Shown piece by piece: positions 1 through 13,300 of a stretch of DNA of 64,000 nucleotides; within the stretch, counting starts at the first letter, position 1, and the number at the start of each line of letters is the position of its first letter. Below the pieces are notes generated by a model. The model ran no database searches. It was not told the origin of the DNA and saw only the letters and a program-made list of their open reading frames with translations. Source of the stretch: the human T2T-CHM13v2.0 reference genome, Homo sapiens; NCBI RefSeq assembly GCF_009914755.1, contig NC_060926.1, one strand, 5' to 3'. Both the position numbers and the translations under genes were made by a program.

Positions 1-3000
1 CTTTTTCTTATCATTTATGATTTGGAGATTTGCTAAGACCTCCTCTCCCAAGATTATAAGCAGAGTAATTTTTAATTAAAAATAAAAAACTAGGGATAAA
101 ACGTCAAGTGAAAAATAAAAAGTAATTAGGGATTTACTGACAAAAACATATGCAATTGGAACAGATTACAGAATGGTCTCTAGAGAAGGAGAAACTTGCT
201 CAATTTCCGAACAAAATAGAAATCAGAACTGGAATATAAATTGGATGAGGCGAGTGACCTCTGTCTTGTTCACTGCTGTGTCCCCCCATAGCAGCACTCG
301 GAACACAGAAGTTGCTCAATAATATTTTTGGAATTAATGAATGAATGCATACATCTAAGCTTATATATAAAAGAATACATGAAAATTTGAATTAATAAAG
401 CTCTAAAAATCAGTATTACTTCTACAGTTACTGTAGAAGTAATAGGCAACACCACCATTACAAAGGCAACTTTACTTATCACTGTGGAACTGGTAATAGA
501 AGGTTTCAAATCCCTTTTTTATTGAGGCATTGGTTGAAGATTCCCAATCTTCCTGTTTGTGAGGACATTAAATTTGTTCCTTTTATAAACTTAGTCTTAG
601 AATAATATAACTCCAAGGAGATTTAGAGAACTGGAAAATAATCAACACTATCCTATGGAGTCGTGGAAAAACTGGGCTGGTCATTAGAATATTTATTATT
701 TAGTGATTTATTCCCAAATGATGACAAAATTGTCTTCCTTTGGGCTTCTTGAACATGTTTCAATATTTGACAAAAATGTAAAGTGCACTGGAAAAAGTAT
801 AGAAGTTTATCTAAAGAATTAACTTATTTTTAGAAAAGGTAGGTGAAAGAATAACATTGCTTTTATTTTAACCCATTGTTTTGTTATCTTAAGATTATTA
901 TACATATTTATGCCTAAATTTTGAGTTCCAACTTATGAAAAAATAGAGTTAACATTCCTTTTTTTTGTTTTTATGTTTTTCTGTGTCTGACTTTTCTTGA
1001 ATTATAGAAAATAGCTTTTTATAGGCTGTGTTCTCTAGCATGTTTTCCCTGAAAGAATAATCGATTTTTATTAATATAATAGCTAATTTTAATTCTATGT
1101 TACAGAAACCCCTTTTACTTTATATGGTATTTTATATAGTAATGTTTATTTTCTATACAAACTCGCTAGGATGTTTTATATGTTTTATATCCCATTGAAT
1201 TCTCCCTGAAACTGCACTAGTTTACAATAATTTTATTACTTTATTAATTAAACGTTTTCCAACAAGCTAGCTATGGCATTTCTTATCATCAAGGGTTCCA
1301 TTAGTTTTTAATGGTGTGAGACAAAATTACCATTTACCCACATGCAATTTAAGAAGCATCATTAACACGAGAAAAGCACCAGGTGGGATTTCTAATAGTT
1401 ACTGTTTCTCATTTTTGTTTTTATTTAAAAGAATCACTGGTTTTGAGTTTTTTGTTGCTATATTGCCAAATCTTCACTTGGATTTTATGATCGAGATAAT
1501 TTAAAATAATGTTCTTCTATTTCCTTAGGCAGTATTCAACAATATTTTACTTATGTGCACACAGCTTCAGTCTAGCACTTTTTTTCTACACAGTCGAGTG
1601 AGTGTTGTCTGCACAGACAACAGAACAAAGAGGGATCTTCATGAACTCCATCAGATAGTTTGGCCAAGGGCTTGGCAGTGCCAGTGGTTTGGCCATAAAC
1701 TGTCTCTGTTTTCAGAGAAGTATGAACACCAGGACTGAAAAGATCCAGGGGTCCTGGAAACCAAAATAAACTCTAGGAATCTTGCAAAGTGGACACTCGT
1801 TAATTTTTTTCCCGCAGATCATATGAACTCTTTTCAAGGGTTCACATGTCATAGGTTAGATAATGCTTATCCTCTTGCAGACTGGAAAGTACTCATTCCT
1901 GTAAAATGAATATAAGAGAACCAAGCAGGAATATTCAGGCTGTGAAGTTTGTAATAACATAGATACTCTCAGAAGATTGGGAAAATACTGATATCTTGTA
2001 ATTCAGTGTATTGTAAAACATATAGAATATAATACAAACCCCAATTGCCTATAAACCCTCACTAAAAGAGGCTTATTCATTTAAGTCTTCAGAAAAATTT
2101 GTATCAGCCATTAACAAAACAACAAAACAAAACAAAATCCAGATTTGCAAGAAGGGGTGTTATAAATCTATTTTGGGCAATTATTTCAGCTTTTGCTGTT
2201 ATTGGACAGTTACTGTTCTGGCATATAAAGGAATTGGGATAGGGAAGGAAAATCAGTTTCACAAAGTTAGGGTTTGGGCAATACTTAAACTCTTGGACAC
2301 AAAATAGAAAGATTTAGTAAAACTGACTAGTATTTCAAGATTTTTTCATGCAAGGGTAGGATATATTAAACAATAATTTACTCACTTGTCTCAGGAAAGG
2401 CAGATTAAAACATCTTTAATCATCTCCTAGAAAATGTTCTGTAAATTGTATTATACCTGAATAATCTGCTGCAAAAAGTGAAGGCAAACTGTTGACCTGA
2501 TAATCTAGCCGTCATGTCTTTCCTTTCTTTCAAGTGGTTTGTAAGTGAATGGATGGATATTTTATATTTAGTACATTGCAGGGGAATGCTGTTTAATCTA
2601 CTTTCAAATAGAGTGGTTTATTTTGAAAGATTTTTATGTGACAGTATTAAATATTAACTCAATTTAATAAATATTGATCATTTATTATAGGTTTGTTGTA
2701 TAATAAGTATTATATATTGGTTAGTACACCACATTACATAAAAAAATATTTGTTTCATGACAAAGAGAATTGCTGTAATAAGGGAGTTTTAAGCAAAAAG
2801 TGAAGAGAAAAAATATGAATATAATAAAATCTTCTAAAAGTGGACATTTTGATACATAAGAAATAGTTTACTTTTTAAGAGTAAGATATTTTATATTAAG
2901 CCAAATCTGCACTTCCCTCTTATACCAATCTACATTTTTAGTTAATTTCTCTATAAATAAGTGTCTGTAAACAGAAAATACTCAAGCTTATTTATAACAG

Positions 3001-3711
3001 TATTGTATTTGTGGCTTTTTTTTTCCTGCACAATGATCATATGGTAGATGGTTCTACTGTTAATACCACATATCAATTCTATATTTGTGTTGTCTACAAA
3101 AGGAAAAAAATCAAAGTAATCAATGAGCTTCTGGGTTGCATTTTCTCTGTAGTATTCCTCTATTTTGAATTCGACCTGCATCAGCTATTTAATTTTAAAT
3201 GTGTCACTTTGTCCATCACTTTGAATGAGAAATGCTATTTGGATAAATTTCTTTCAGCATTGGTGTATAGGAAGAATTATTCTATTAATCCTTCTCTGGA
3301 ACAATTATCACATAGTTTTGCTGGAGAAGTTGCATTTTATTTGGCTGGCACTTATGAACACTAGATTTCCAGGGATCCAGTAAAACATTTTTGGTGCTGC
3401 TGGATTCCTGGTGTTTGTTCTATCTCTATTCAGTATGCTTTTATTGTGCTCGAAGCTGACAGAAAATTGCTATAGCCAATCACCAAAAAGTGCTTATTTT
3501 TTTATGATGTTTTATTTTCATTGCTCAACATTAACATAATGAAACTTCAGATTTTTCTATTAAAACAATGCAGTACATGTAAAGTGTCATGATGAATGAC
3601 AATTTCTTCTGATATACATTTTGGTGCCTGTAAAATAAAGATTGACATTAGAGCTTCCTGGATTATACACTCTCCAATTTTATTTAGAGGCTTTATGAAA
3701 AGCAAACACAT

Positions 3712-3752
3712 ACTACACATGCACACACATACACACAAACACACACACACAC
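3712..3752. repeat. Imperfect (CA)n microsatellite
   Basis: acacatgcacacacatacacacaaacacacacacac. Confidence 0.8.
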
Positions 3753-4389
3753 GTATGTTTAAATAGTATTCCTCACCAAAGGAAAAGTAATAAAAATTAC
3801 TTTTTAGTGCATTGTTTTTTTCTATCATTCATTCAACATCTATTAAACTTCCATTGCCAGAAAAAAAATCTAGCCCTTACTATTTTGAATTGATATCTTC
3901 CACAGAATGGGATGCCTACAATATGTGATTTTATGTCTTTGTAGATTCTCAAAGGCAGTACACTTGGTATGGGATTTTTTGGAAGCAACAACCCATTAAT
4001 AAAATGCTTTAATTTTATTTTGTATGGATAGCATAAGGTTGGTGTACTATAAACAATTTTTTGAGTTTACCTATGATGGGCTTTAAATGCTTTTGTTGTG
4101 AATCATTTTTAATAAGATGACACATAAATTAAGAAATAATAATGGTTATATGATTAGGCAGGAAGAGGTGTGTCATGAAAGTTTAAAATTAGAATCCAAA
4201 CTTTGTGGAATGAAACTTTGAGACAAATAAGTGGTAGATGTCAAAGAAAAGAGGCAGAAGAGTTAGAGGGATGAGGACCTTCAACTTTTGCTGTTATGTT
4301 GCACATCCCTTGTTTTCTGTCTGCATAGTTTGGGAATGTGATTATACACTTTCCAGAGCAGGGCATATTCAAGAGGAGGAAAAATCAAA

Positions 4390-4620
4390 GTGGTTTAGAT
4401 GGAAACGGCTTTGAAATGAGACACCTCTTGTTTCCAGTCTTGTCTCCAATATCTCTAAGTGACCTTTGGCAAGTCATTTCACCTCTCAGACTTGGTTAAC
4501 TTTATTAATCTGCAAACAGAAAAACAGGGTTCGATTGTTGTAAGGTTCAAACGGGACAAAACAACAATAATTCTTGCCACAGGGATGGGCACACAGTGCT
4601 AGTCAATGAATGGCTACTAT
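4390..4620 (+). mobile_element. MIR SINE (degenerate)
   Basis: MIR core-like 'gtgacctttggcaagtcatttcacctctcag' and 3'-like 'gggcacacagtgctagtcaatgaatggctactat'. Confidence 0.6.
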
Positions 4621-4759
4621 TTCATAAGGCATGTTTGTAGCTCCAACTCCCAGGAAATACATAGTGATCAATTAGGTGACTTGGTTTGTGACATTTATTT
4701 ATTTATTGAATTCAATTATAGAACCAGAATTTTGATAATTACATCTATTATTCTTGGAA

Positions 4760-5050
4760 ATAACAGCTGGCATTTATTGAGTATTTACTATGTGCCTGGC
4801 ATGGTACTAAGCATGTGTGCCTTGATGCGCCTGGTACACATGTACACACACACAAAAAAAACACAAAACACGCACACACACTCTTACATCTATAATCTCA
4901 TTTTATTCTCTTCTAACATCTATTATGTAGCTACAACTTTATCACTATGTTAAAGATGAGGAAATGCAGGCCAGAGAGATTAAGTCTCTTATCCAACATC
5001 TGATAAAAGTAGGATTCAAATCCAGGTAGTCCCAGAGTCCACATATTTAA
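4760..5050 (-). mobile_element. MIR SINE interrupted by a CA-rich tract
   Basis: 'catttattgagtatttactatgtgcctggcatggtactaagc' ... 'agatgaggaaatgcaggccagagagattaag' ... 'aggattcaaatccagg'. Confidence 0.65.
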
Positions 5051-6808
5051 CATGAGTAAAAAAGTGCAGACTGAATGTTAAATAAACACAAATAATTCAT
5101 TTCAGCGATGAGTCAACAAGAAGTTTACAGCACTGAGAAAGACGAGTCAACAACAGAAGGAAAAAAATCCAGAGAAAATGGCACTTGCTGCATTGGAATG
5201 AAAGATAATCTGCAGAAGGTAAATGGACAGGAGAGATTTTCATCATTTTAAATGTATTTGCAATGACCATGATTTATATTAAAGTTTCTCTTCTCTGAGG
5301 CTCAGTTTTCTCAGCTGAAAATGAGCTTGTTGGACAATTGAACTCTAAGGTCCCTTCTCTGGTTCTATTCTACATCACTTCATGAGTTCTTATCAGCTAC
5401 AAAGAACACTTTCCACTTTTCCATGTATGTTTCAGAGAAGATTCCAAATAATGTTTGATAATCTCTAGTCATATCTCAGAGCTGTCAGTTGATAACTGAC
5501 TCCATTACTTCGGTACCCATTTTCCAAGATGTTAAGAGGAGTTTGGTGGTGCTGGAGAGAGACAGAGACTAAGAAACTTGGAGACCAAGGGGACCCCTCA
5601 TTAGCAGTGGAAGCGAATATCGACATATGTCAGCAGAATTCTTTCTCACATGGAAACTCTTCTGTGAATATCCAACAAAGAAATCCATGTTAATGGAATC
5701 TTGTCATATTTAATATTTTAAGCCAGCAACCTAACATTTCCTACTGAGAATTGATGGATTGGCTAAAACAGAGTATTTTAGCCCCATTTGAATGATTAGC
5801 TTAAGTCTCTGCCCAGAAAAAGTGTGGTAATCAAAATCTTATCCATTGAAGCAGCCTGTTTTTTGAGGTTTAACAGCAGCCTCAGAAATTGGACATTTTA
5901 TTTCATCTGCACAAGCAGTGTCACAAAAGATGGTGACACAGTGACAGGCCTTGTGAACATGGAGCCTGGAGGTTGGAGGAAGGGGCACTCGGTGCGTTTA
6001 CCACAATCAGGTAAGGGATGTGGTTAAATGGACCTAGAATCACACAACTTGGGCTCAAGGTCTGGGCCCAATCTTCAAGAGTATCTCTAAGCCAAAGTTT
6101 CCCAACATGGTGATAACTCGTAGCATGTGCTATGAGGTAACACATGGTATCACATACTGTCCTGAAAAGTGAGATGATGTCATGGAAGTGCCTTGTAAAC
6201 CGTAAATCACAGATGTTAAGTTGTTCTGTGGCTGGCTTCATTGTGAGAGGGTTTAGGTGAAGGCACTTTTACACAACAATAGCAGCATTGCCAAAATAAA
6301 ATCTGCATAAAAGCAAAATAAGTATCATAGAGATCTATGGGCATAAATAACAAAATAATATGCATCAGAGTGTAGTGGAATTTAAGTGCTGGAGAGGTTA
6401 TGTGGGATCAAAGAGGAAAGTTAGCAATAAAGTCAGCCAAGGTACATTTCTGTATCTACTAACTTATCTTAACATTTTAAAGGATTGGAACTGTGAGGAA
6501 TGAACTAATTGATGGAATTTTGGAAAATAGAAATGTAGGAAACACAATTACACTGGAAAGTGTTGAACATTTTAAATACCTGAAATTCTAAATGCTTAAC
6601 TACATATTTATAATACAAATTGCCATGAATATTACTTTTGATTATGGTAGAAATTACCTTACAACATTTTAGTGTCTTCCTTGTACCTTGAATAACTATC
6701 TTAAGCACTCGAATAGAAGTCAGGTAATATATTAGCTCATCTCATTAGTGGACTTTACTGGTCACGTATCTTAGATAATATTAAGCAAAGAACCAAAGTG
6801 ACTTATAG

Positions 6809-7014
6809 CAGAGTTTCTTGGCCATATTGACGTTTCAGACCATGTAACTTTTTGTGGTGGGGGTATCCTGTGCATTGTAGGATGTTTAGCAGCATCCCTG
6901 GTCTCTACTCACTAGATACCAATTGTACCTCTCAGTTGTGACAACCAAAAATATTCCTAGATATTGACAAATGTCCTCTGGAGGGAAAAAAAATCATCCT
7001 TGTTTGAGAGTTAC
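6809..7014 (-). mobile_element. MER20 (hAT-Charlie non-autonomous DNA transposon)
   Basis: 'tcctgtgcattgtaggatgtttagcagcatccctgg...cactagat...gttgtgacaaccaaaaat...caaatgtcc' matches the reverse complement of the MER20 consensus as I recall it. Confidence 0.85.
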
Positions 7015-7196
7015 TCCTCTACAGTGACCACCTTCAGCTTTCATGACTCAGAATTCCAAAATTTCTAGGTTATTAAAATTAGTCAGAGATATTATATTAT
7101 AAAGACTAAATGCTTATACATTTAAATGCTTTGTGTTGCTAACATTTTGAATTTAACTCTTACTGTCTTTTTTTTTTCTTTGGTTTTGTTATGAAG

Positions 7197-7225
7197 GTGC
7201 ACTATTCTCTCTATGGTTAGACAAG
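7197..7225 (+). other. Candidate 29-nt microexon
   Basis: ~90-nt AG-free zone with GCTAAC branch-point-like motif (~7138) and long T tract ending ...ttatgaag|; donor AAG|GTACTT; one frame reads xALFSLWLDK. Confidence 0.35.
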
Positions 7226-7322
7226 GTACTTCTGAGGGACTAGGTTGTACGTCTTTTTGTCTTCTAGCTCTGCAGTCTTTTACATTTTCATTTACCTTCT
7301 GTGTTTTATTATATGTTCTCAG

Positions 7323-7347
7323 GTGACTCCCAAAGTAGATAGAAATT
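7323..7347 (+). other. Candidate 25-nt microexon
   Basis: ~45-nt AG-free pyrimidine tract ending gttctcag|; donor ATT|GTGAGT; frame 0 reads VTPKVDRN. Confidence 0.35.
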
Positions 7348-7350
7348 GTG

Positions 7351-7381
7351 AGTGCTAGTGAGATAGCTGCTCACTAGCACT
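7351..7381. repeat. Perfect 12-bp inverted repeat (hairpin, 7-nt loop)
   Basis: agtgctagtgag-atagctg-ctcactagcact. Confidence 0.9.
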
Positions 7382-10300
7382 TTGAAATGATTATGTCCCG
7401 CCCAGCTACATCCACATCTGCATCTGCATCTACCTCTGACCTCCTCTGTTTTTTCTCCCTCTATTGATTGATTGTTGTTGCTAGCTCACTGTCTTCTATA
7501 TACCCAGATACCTCTTAGGGTCAACTTTATTTCCTTATAAGTCTACAGCCTCTCCCCTAGTTATTCATTTCAACCAACACTCTCTCTAAGAAACGCCCCT
7601 CCCCACTTCAGATTTTTCTGGGGCAACTATTGTTATCTTCCACCTGCCCTTCCTGCCTCTGGTCTTTCTATATAAGGTACATTTTATTCTGTTATATTAA
7701 TATCCCTGAAGCATTCCCATCCCAACAAATTCTTTAGCCTTCTAGGGACTAACTCTAACTTATTTCTTCAATCCTATATCTTACCACTGGAACTAAAAAT
7801 AATTTCTCTGTATCCTGCACTTCTTTAGGACTTCATCTCTTAATTTCTTCAAATACTGTCATTTGATCTAAACCTTTTTTTTGTGTGTTTTTGATCATTT
7901 AGACTAACATTTGAAAAAGAAACCCATATCCCCTTTAATGTTCAATGTATATATGGGAACCCGAGAATCTAGAACTTAAGTACTCTAAAGTTACTTTAAA
8001 GATTATTTTAGAGAATTACAATATATAGATGGTTATAAAATACTTTACATGGAATTCATGCATCCCTGATGTTGATACTGTTTATTTTGCTTCTTGGAAT
8101 TTAACATACAGCAGCCTTCTTTACCTCCTCATCTTATGGTGGGACATGAATATGTAAATGTAGTTTCCATATTTAAAAAAATTGTGCATAAGTCTTAATC
8201 TGCATTCCACTTCAGTGGGTCTTAAAAATACTTGCTTAAGAAAGGCTGACTCTACAAAGGTCAAATATGGTGGTAACATAGAGAATGAGAGGGAGACATG
8301 ATTATTTAGTGGCACTTATTGCCACAGGTACTGGTCCACTTATTGGAGTAGAGTGAGCACATATTGAACTTGTTGTTTGCCGTCAAGAATGCTGAGCAGT
8401 TCCATGGGAGAAGGTCTTGGCTTGAGCCCAGGTTGATAGTAAATGTAGGCCATTACTAGTTGATGTCTGTTTGATGGTCTGTATGAAATGAGTTGGTGGT
8501 CTCAGTCCAGTTATTAGAAGACAGGTGTCTACATCTCAAAACATCATGACAATTGGCACTAATTGGCATCTTTGTTGGGAATCTCAGCAGAGAAGCAGAG
8601 GAATAAATGGGGGGAAAGGAGAAGCTGTTGTTACCCTAGATAAAGAAGTCTTTGGGGATATAAGCAGAAAATAATTACCTACTGCTCAAAGAACAGTATT
8701 TTCAGAAGATCTAGACATTTCCAACATGGAAAGGACTTTTTTCAGTTATTTGTCCATCATCTCTCTCTTATCTTCCTTTCCATTCCCACATTCCTCTTGC
8801 ATTTTAGAACTGGACATTTGGTCCCACTTTCTCGTTTCTTATCTCAGGGAACATGTTCTGGGATGAAAAACATCTGCTTGGGTATCTACCATGTTCTTTC
8901 ATCAATTCAACCTCAGACTTCATGTTCCTGGTTTCTCCCAGGACTTATGATACCTCAGTTTTCGTGCACATACAAGAGCTGAGCATGTTGGTTCAGTTGC
9001 GACCTGTTAATGAATTTTTCTTCTGTGCTGTACTTTACTTGGTGATACTGGGATACATGTCTCTTACATTCTGCTGTCTCTCCCACTATTCTGAGCTTTC
9101 TGAGATAGGACCCTTGCTTGATTCATTTTAGCATTCCTGCAGTGCACTCATTAGGTACTCAGTTAATGAATGAGAGAAACAATGAATAAATGAATGAATG
9201 CATTTTTAGCCTTTGGAGACACATACTCGTATCTAAGAGTGAAATGAAAAGTAAATATGAAAGAGACGGAGTCTAAGAGACAGAGTGGCAGGAATTCATC
9301 GTTCTATTCTACTTGGTGCCTTTGACATTCTCCCACTCTCATTTTGAATGGTTGCTTAGTGTTCTAATCTATGCAAGCCATCTTATACAATTGCTTTGTA
9401 ATCGGCATAATTCAGCTTTCTAGCTGAGGAGCCTGCTCCGATGTATGTCTATAAGGAGCATTCTGTATTCTCTGTTAGAGTTTATAATTTCACCACTGCT
9501 ATATCCAGTGTTTTTCATTGCATGTGAAATAATAATTTAATGAATGTGATTTTGATTATTTTAACCAATAAAATTATTTAACACAAAGGGAAGAATTTCT
9601 TAAACACGAGAAACCATGACTACATTTTGGCACTGCAAATAAATATATTAGAACTGTTTTGCTCATGTCTATTAGAACTGGGTAAATGTTTCTGAGTATT
9701 TTGTTATTCTTAAAATATGATTTATTATTAAAATGTGAAACAGTACTATTTTTAAAACCATAAACCCAAAATAGCTGTCAAAATGTGTCAAAAAGAGAGC
9801 TTTGATTCTCTTTTTGATTATTTAATTGAATAGATCTACCAACATTTAATATAGGACTATTAAATATAGCAAATGGTAAATATAAATTAGTATATATTGA
9901 TAAAATATGTGATAAAACACATAGATAATAAAATTTTTTAATTATAAAATTATTTGTTATGATTTTTGACTAGGAAAATGGTTTCCCTTTTTCTATATCT
10001 ATATGTGAACTTTAACTAGAATATTTCCCTATTTTTTTGAGAAAAAATGTGTCACATGAACATTGATTAGAAACAACTTTACAAATGTGACAATTTTAAT
10101 GTCAAGATATGTTTCCTAAGTTCAACATTACTTGTTTTGAACATTAGACTGCCAAATAAGCAGCAAATTTTTACAAATCCTTTAAGTATTAGAACCAAAT
10201 AACCCTCGTATTAGTTGTCAAGAGTGTGCCGTGTATTACTGGGAATCAGCATTGCAGAGTATTTATAAAAGGAAGGGCAAAACCAGATAGTCAGGTTTGT

Positions 10301-13300
10301 GACATAGGATCATGCACGTTGGAAATCAAGAGAAATCAATTCAGATTTCTGCAATCTTTAATAGCAGAACAAGAAACACAGAGCTACCATTGCACTTATT
10401 CATTCTTTAATTTCTTAGGTAATTTAGAATATCTTGAATTTTTCAAGTATGAACTAAATGATACATGTTAGGTAGGATTATTACCAAGATTACAGCTTAG
10501 GGCAGCGTTCACGTGCAGATCAGTGCTCTTAGGTAATTCAGACCAGTTTCAAGCAGTCAGTTTCTGCTAAGCACTTACCAAAAATTATTTTCAGTAAAGC
10601 AAATGACATTTCAAACCCAACATAGAATTTCTATTAACAGTAAGCAATTTGTGAGCTGATCAATGTGGATTCACTATCTAAGGCATGTCAGTATGTTATG
10701 CTTTCATGCCTCTTGATATCATCACTGGAAAACTCTTTGGATTTATTTCCTTGATGCTCATTGCAAGAGTCTCTAGAAAGCATAGCTTATAGAATGGTTT
10801 TAAATTTCATCCTTTAATTCAGTTTATGGGCCCTCACCTTCAAAGTTTTTACATTCCCTTAAGACATATTTGGGCTCGCCTTTCTTTTTGATAGAGTTGC
10901 AATTAGTCCTGGGAAGCAGTTGTTTCCAATTAACAAGGAGGAGAAAATCACAACTGAAGTTTTATAACAAATCATTAGGCATTCTGATATCAGACCAGTG
11001 TATTGTGAATTTTTGTAATAAAAATCTGTTACATATTGTTAAAAACAATCCTGCCCATTCTTATTTATTTAGGATCATTACATTTTAGTACTTACTGGCA
11101 TTTCCTGAGAAGATAAATATTTTGGTGTTTTTGAGCTTCCCAGAGGGATAGAATTTCTACCATGCACATACACACCATTTTGCTGTAGCTCATTTTATGT
11201 CACACAAACAATAAAATGCAAAATACTCATTCTAACACTGTGGCTTGCACTGAATGGTCACAGCATTAAGTTAAAGTTAACGCATTTTTAATAAAGGAAA
11301 TCAAAGTCTTTTTTTTTTTTTTACAAAAGACAAGATAACTATTTTAATGAAACAATGATCTTATTCATCTCACAATCATGTTATAGTTTTGAATAGTGGT
11401 GGTCTCTGCCTCTGTAACTTTTTTTAAAAATAGATGTATTATGATTACAAAAGTTTTGATTCCTAACATCTAAAACTGAAATATTTAATTTTTTTGTGTG
11501 ATTCCCTGTCTATATGACAAATTGTTCATTGTAGATACCGGTAAATATATCTGAGGAATAAGAATATGCTAAAACTTACCTTTGGTAATCATAGACTCTT
11601 TAAAAAGGAGAAAAATGAAAACTGCTATTTAGTAGCTTTTGATAAGATGCTGCAGTATATAGGGAGATAGCCTGTAGGTTCTTTTTATATAGTTTAAAAC
11701 ATAACCTCCACCCCCCACACACACAGATGTAGACAATATACATTTGTTGTGTAGCTTGTATTGATATTAATGGAACTTACGTGAGCATATCCAGGTCTAA
11801 AAGGTGGGCCCTAAGGGCTTTAAAAGATTCTGCTATAGCTGAGAAGGGAAGCTAATTGTTTCCTTGATTTTAGAAGTCAGGTCGACTTTCACAGTGCAAA
11901 AAGCCAGCATTATGTAATGAAAATATCTCAGTAAATTTCATCAATAGGTATGTATTTTTCATGTTCAGACTTCAGGTAAAAACTGAACAAACTTTAGTTG
12001 AAGAAGATGGGTGAATACTGTAATTTTTGTAGAACATCATTAACTAGGTTAAATAATTCCTTTGCTATTTGGGAACCAGATAAACAAGTTTCTGTAGAGC
12101 CCTTTATTAAGTGTGTGTGTATCTCCCTTCGTCTGTGTGTTTGTGTGTTCTGGGGAAGGGGATGAAAGAGTAGCAGGAGTTGTAAATTAGCAGTTTGTGC
12201 AATATGCCTATATGATCAAAAAATTTATGTAGAATATTACACTGTTGTTTTTCAGACATATTTTCCCTCCAGATGCAGCAAAAAAGTTTTCTTGATGTCT
12301 AATCAAGCAATGCAGTTTTTTCAGATTTGAAGAACTCAGAAAGTTAGTTTTTTTATTCTTCTTCATTTAAGTATTATTTTTTAATTGCAGTGTATTAAAC
12401 ATAAAATCTGGTACAATCTTTAAAAATAAATAGGACCTAACTATAAATGGGCCCTGTTGTGTTTTTATCTTTGACAAGCAAGTAATTGCTTCTCAAATTT
12501 ATCAGTTTGTTTATGCAAAAACCATTTACCAAGCCTAGCTCAAAAGCATCAATTTCATCATTATCATCTTATTAATTTAGCCAAGCTATAACACAGCTGA
12601 TTATTCCTGAGTAATATCCTCTGCAGCACATCATGTGTGGCAAAACCATCTGTACAGTACCTATTTAATAAATAAACCCTCGGCTAAATGTCTCTGTTTA
12701 TTGAGAACTAATGTTTATAGAAAATATAATGGAACTCAATAAATAACTCAGCTTCATCAACCTGCATATGAATCAGTGAGAAGAATGCTGACATCATCAC
12801 CTTTCAAGTACCAGAGAAAGCAAAATTACCCAAAAGAGATATAGAGTCAGTATTAAGGCATTAAAACTGCAATGAAGGCATATTAATGCTTAAAACTTCA
12901 TTGTTGGCAGTGGAATTGGCACAATGGACATATTTTATAACTCTAGGAATACTTAGGCTTTATGGCTGCTTCTTTGTTGACTGCCTTGCACTTAATGTAG
13001 TTTTCCACTTTAAATAAAAAAAACCCTCAAGATCTTAAAAAAAAAAAACAAGAAAATTGCTGATTCTAAGCATTCATTTTTAAAATAATGCAAACTGCTG
13101 ATTCCAATTGTTCAGATTTAAGAAAAAAAAAAGCCAACTTCTTTAACTCCATGCTTCCTGAATTCATATTAGTAGTAACTAGATATTTTGTGGCAAAGGC
13201 TTTTTAAAAAGTCACAAGTATTTTTTTAAAGAGATTATTCTGAGTGACATCATTAGTACTGAGAATGTGAGAAGGATTTAGTCATTTTGCAAAGAAAGGC

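Noticed and set aside
1529-1597. 69-nt AG..GTGAGT-bounded open unit
   Set aside because: Weak exonic donor context (CGA|), T-rich body, no recognisable peptide
3011-3364. 117-aa + strand ORF
   Set aside because: Non-ATG start, F/Y/I/L-biased as expected for AT-rich non-coding DNA, no recognisable domain or convincing donor
8125-8251. Minus-strand 127-nt exon-like unit
   Set aside because: Middling donor (GAG|GTAAAG), no peptide similarity; expected by chance in 64 kb
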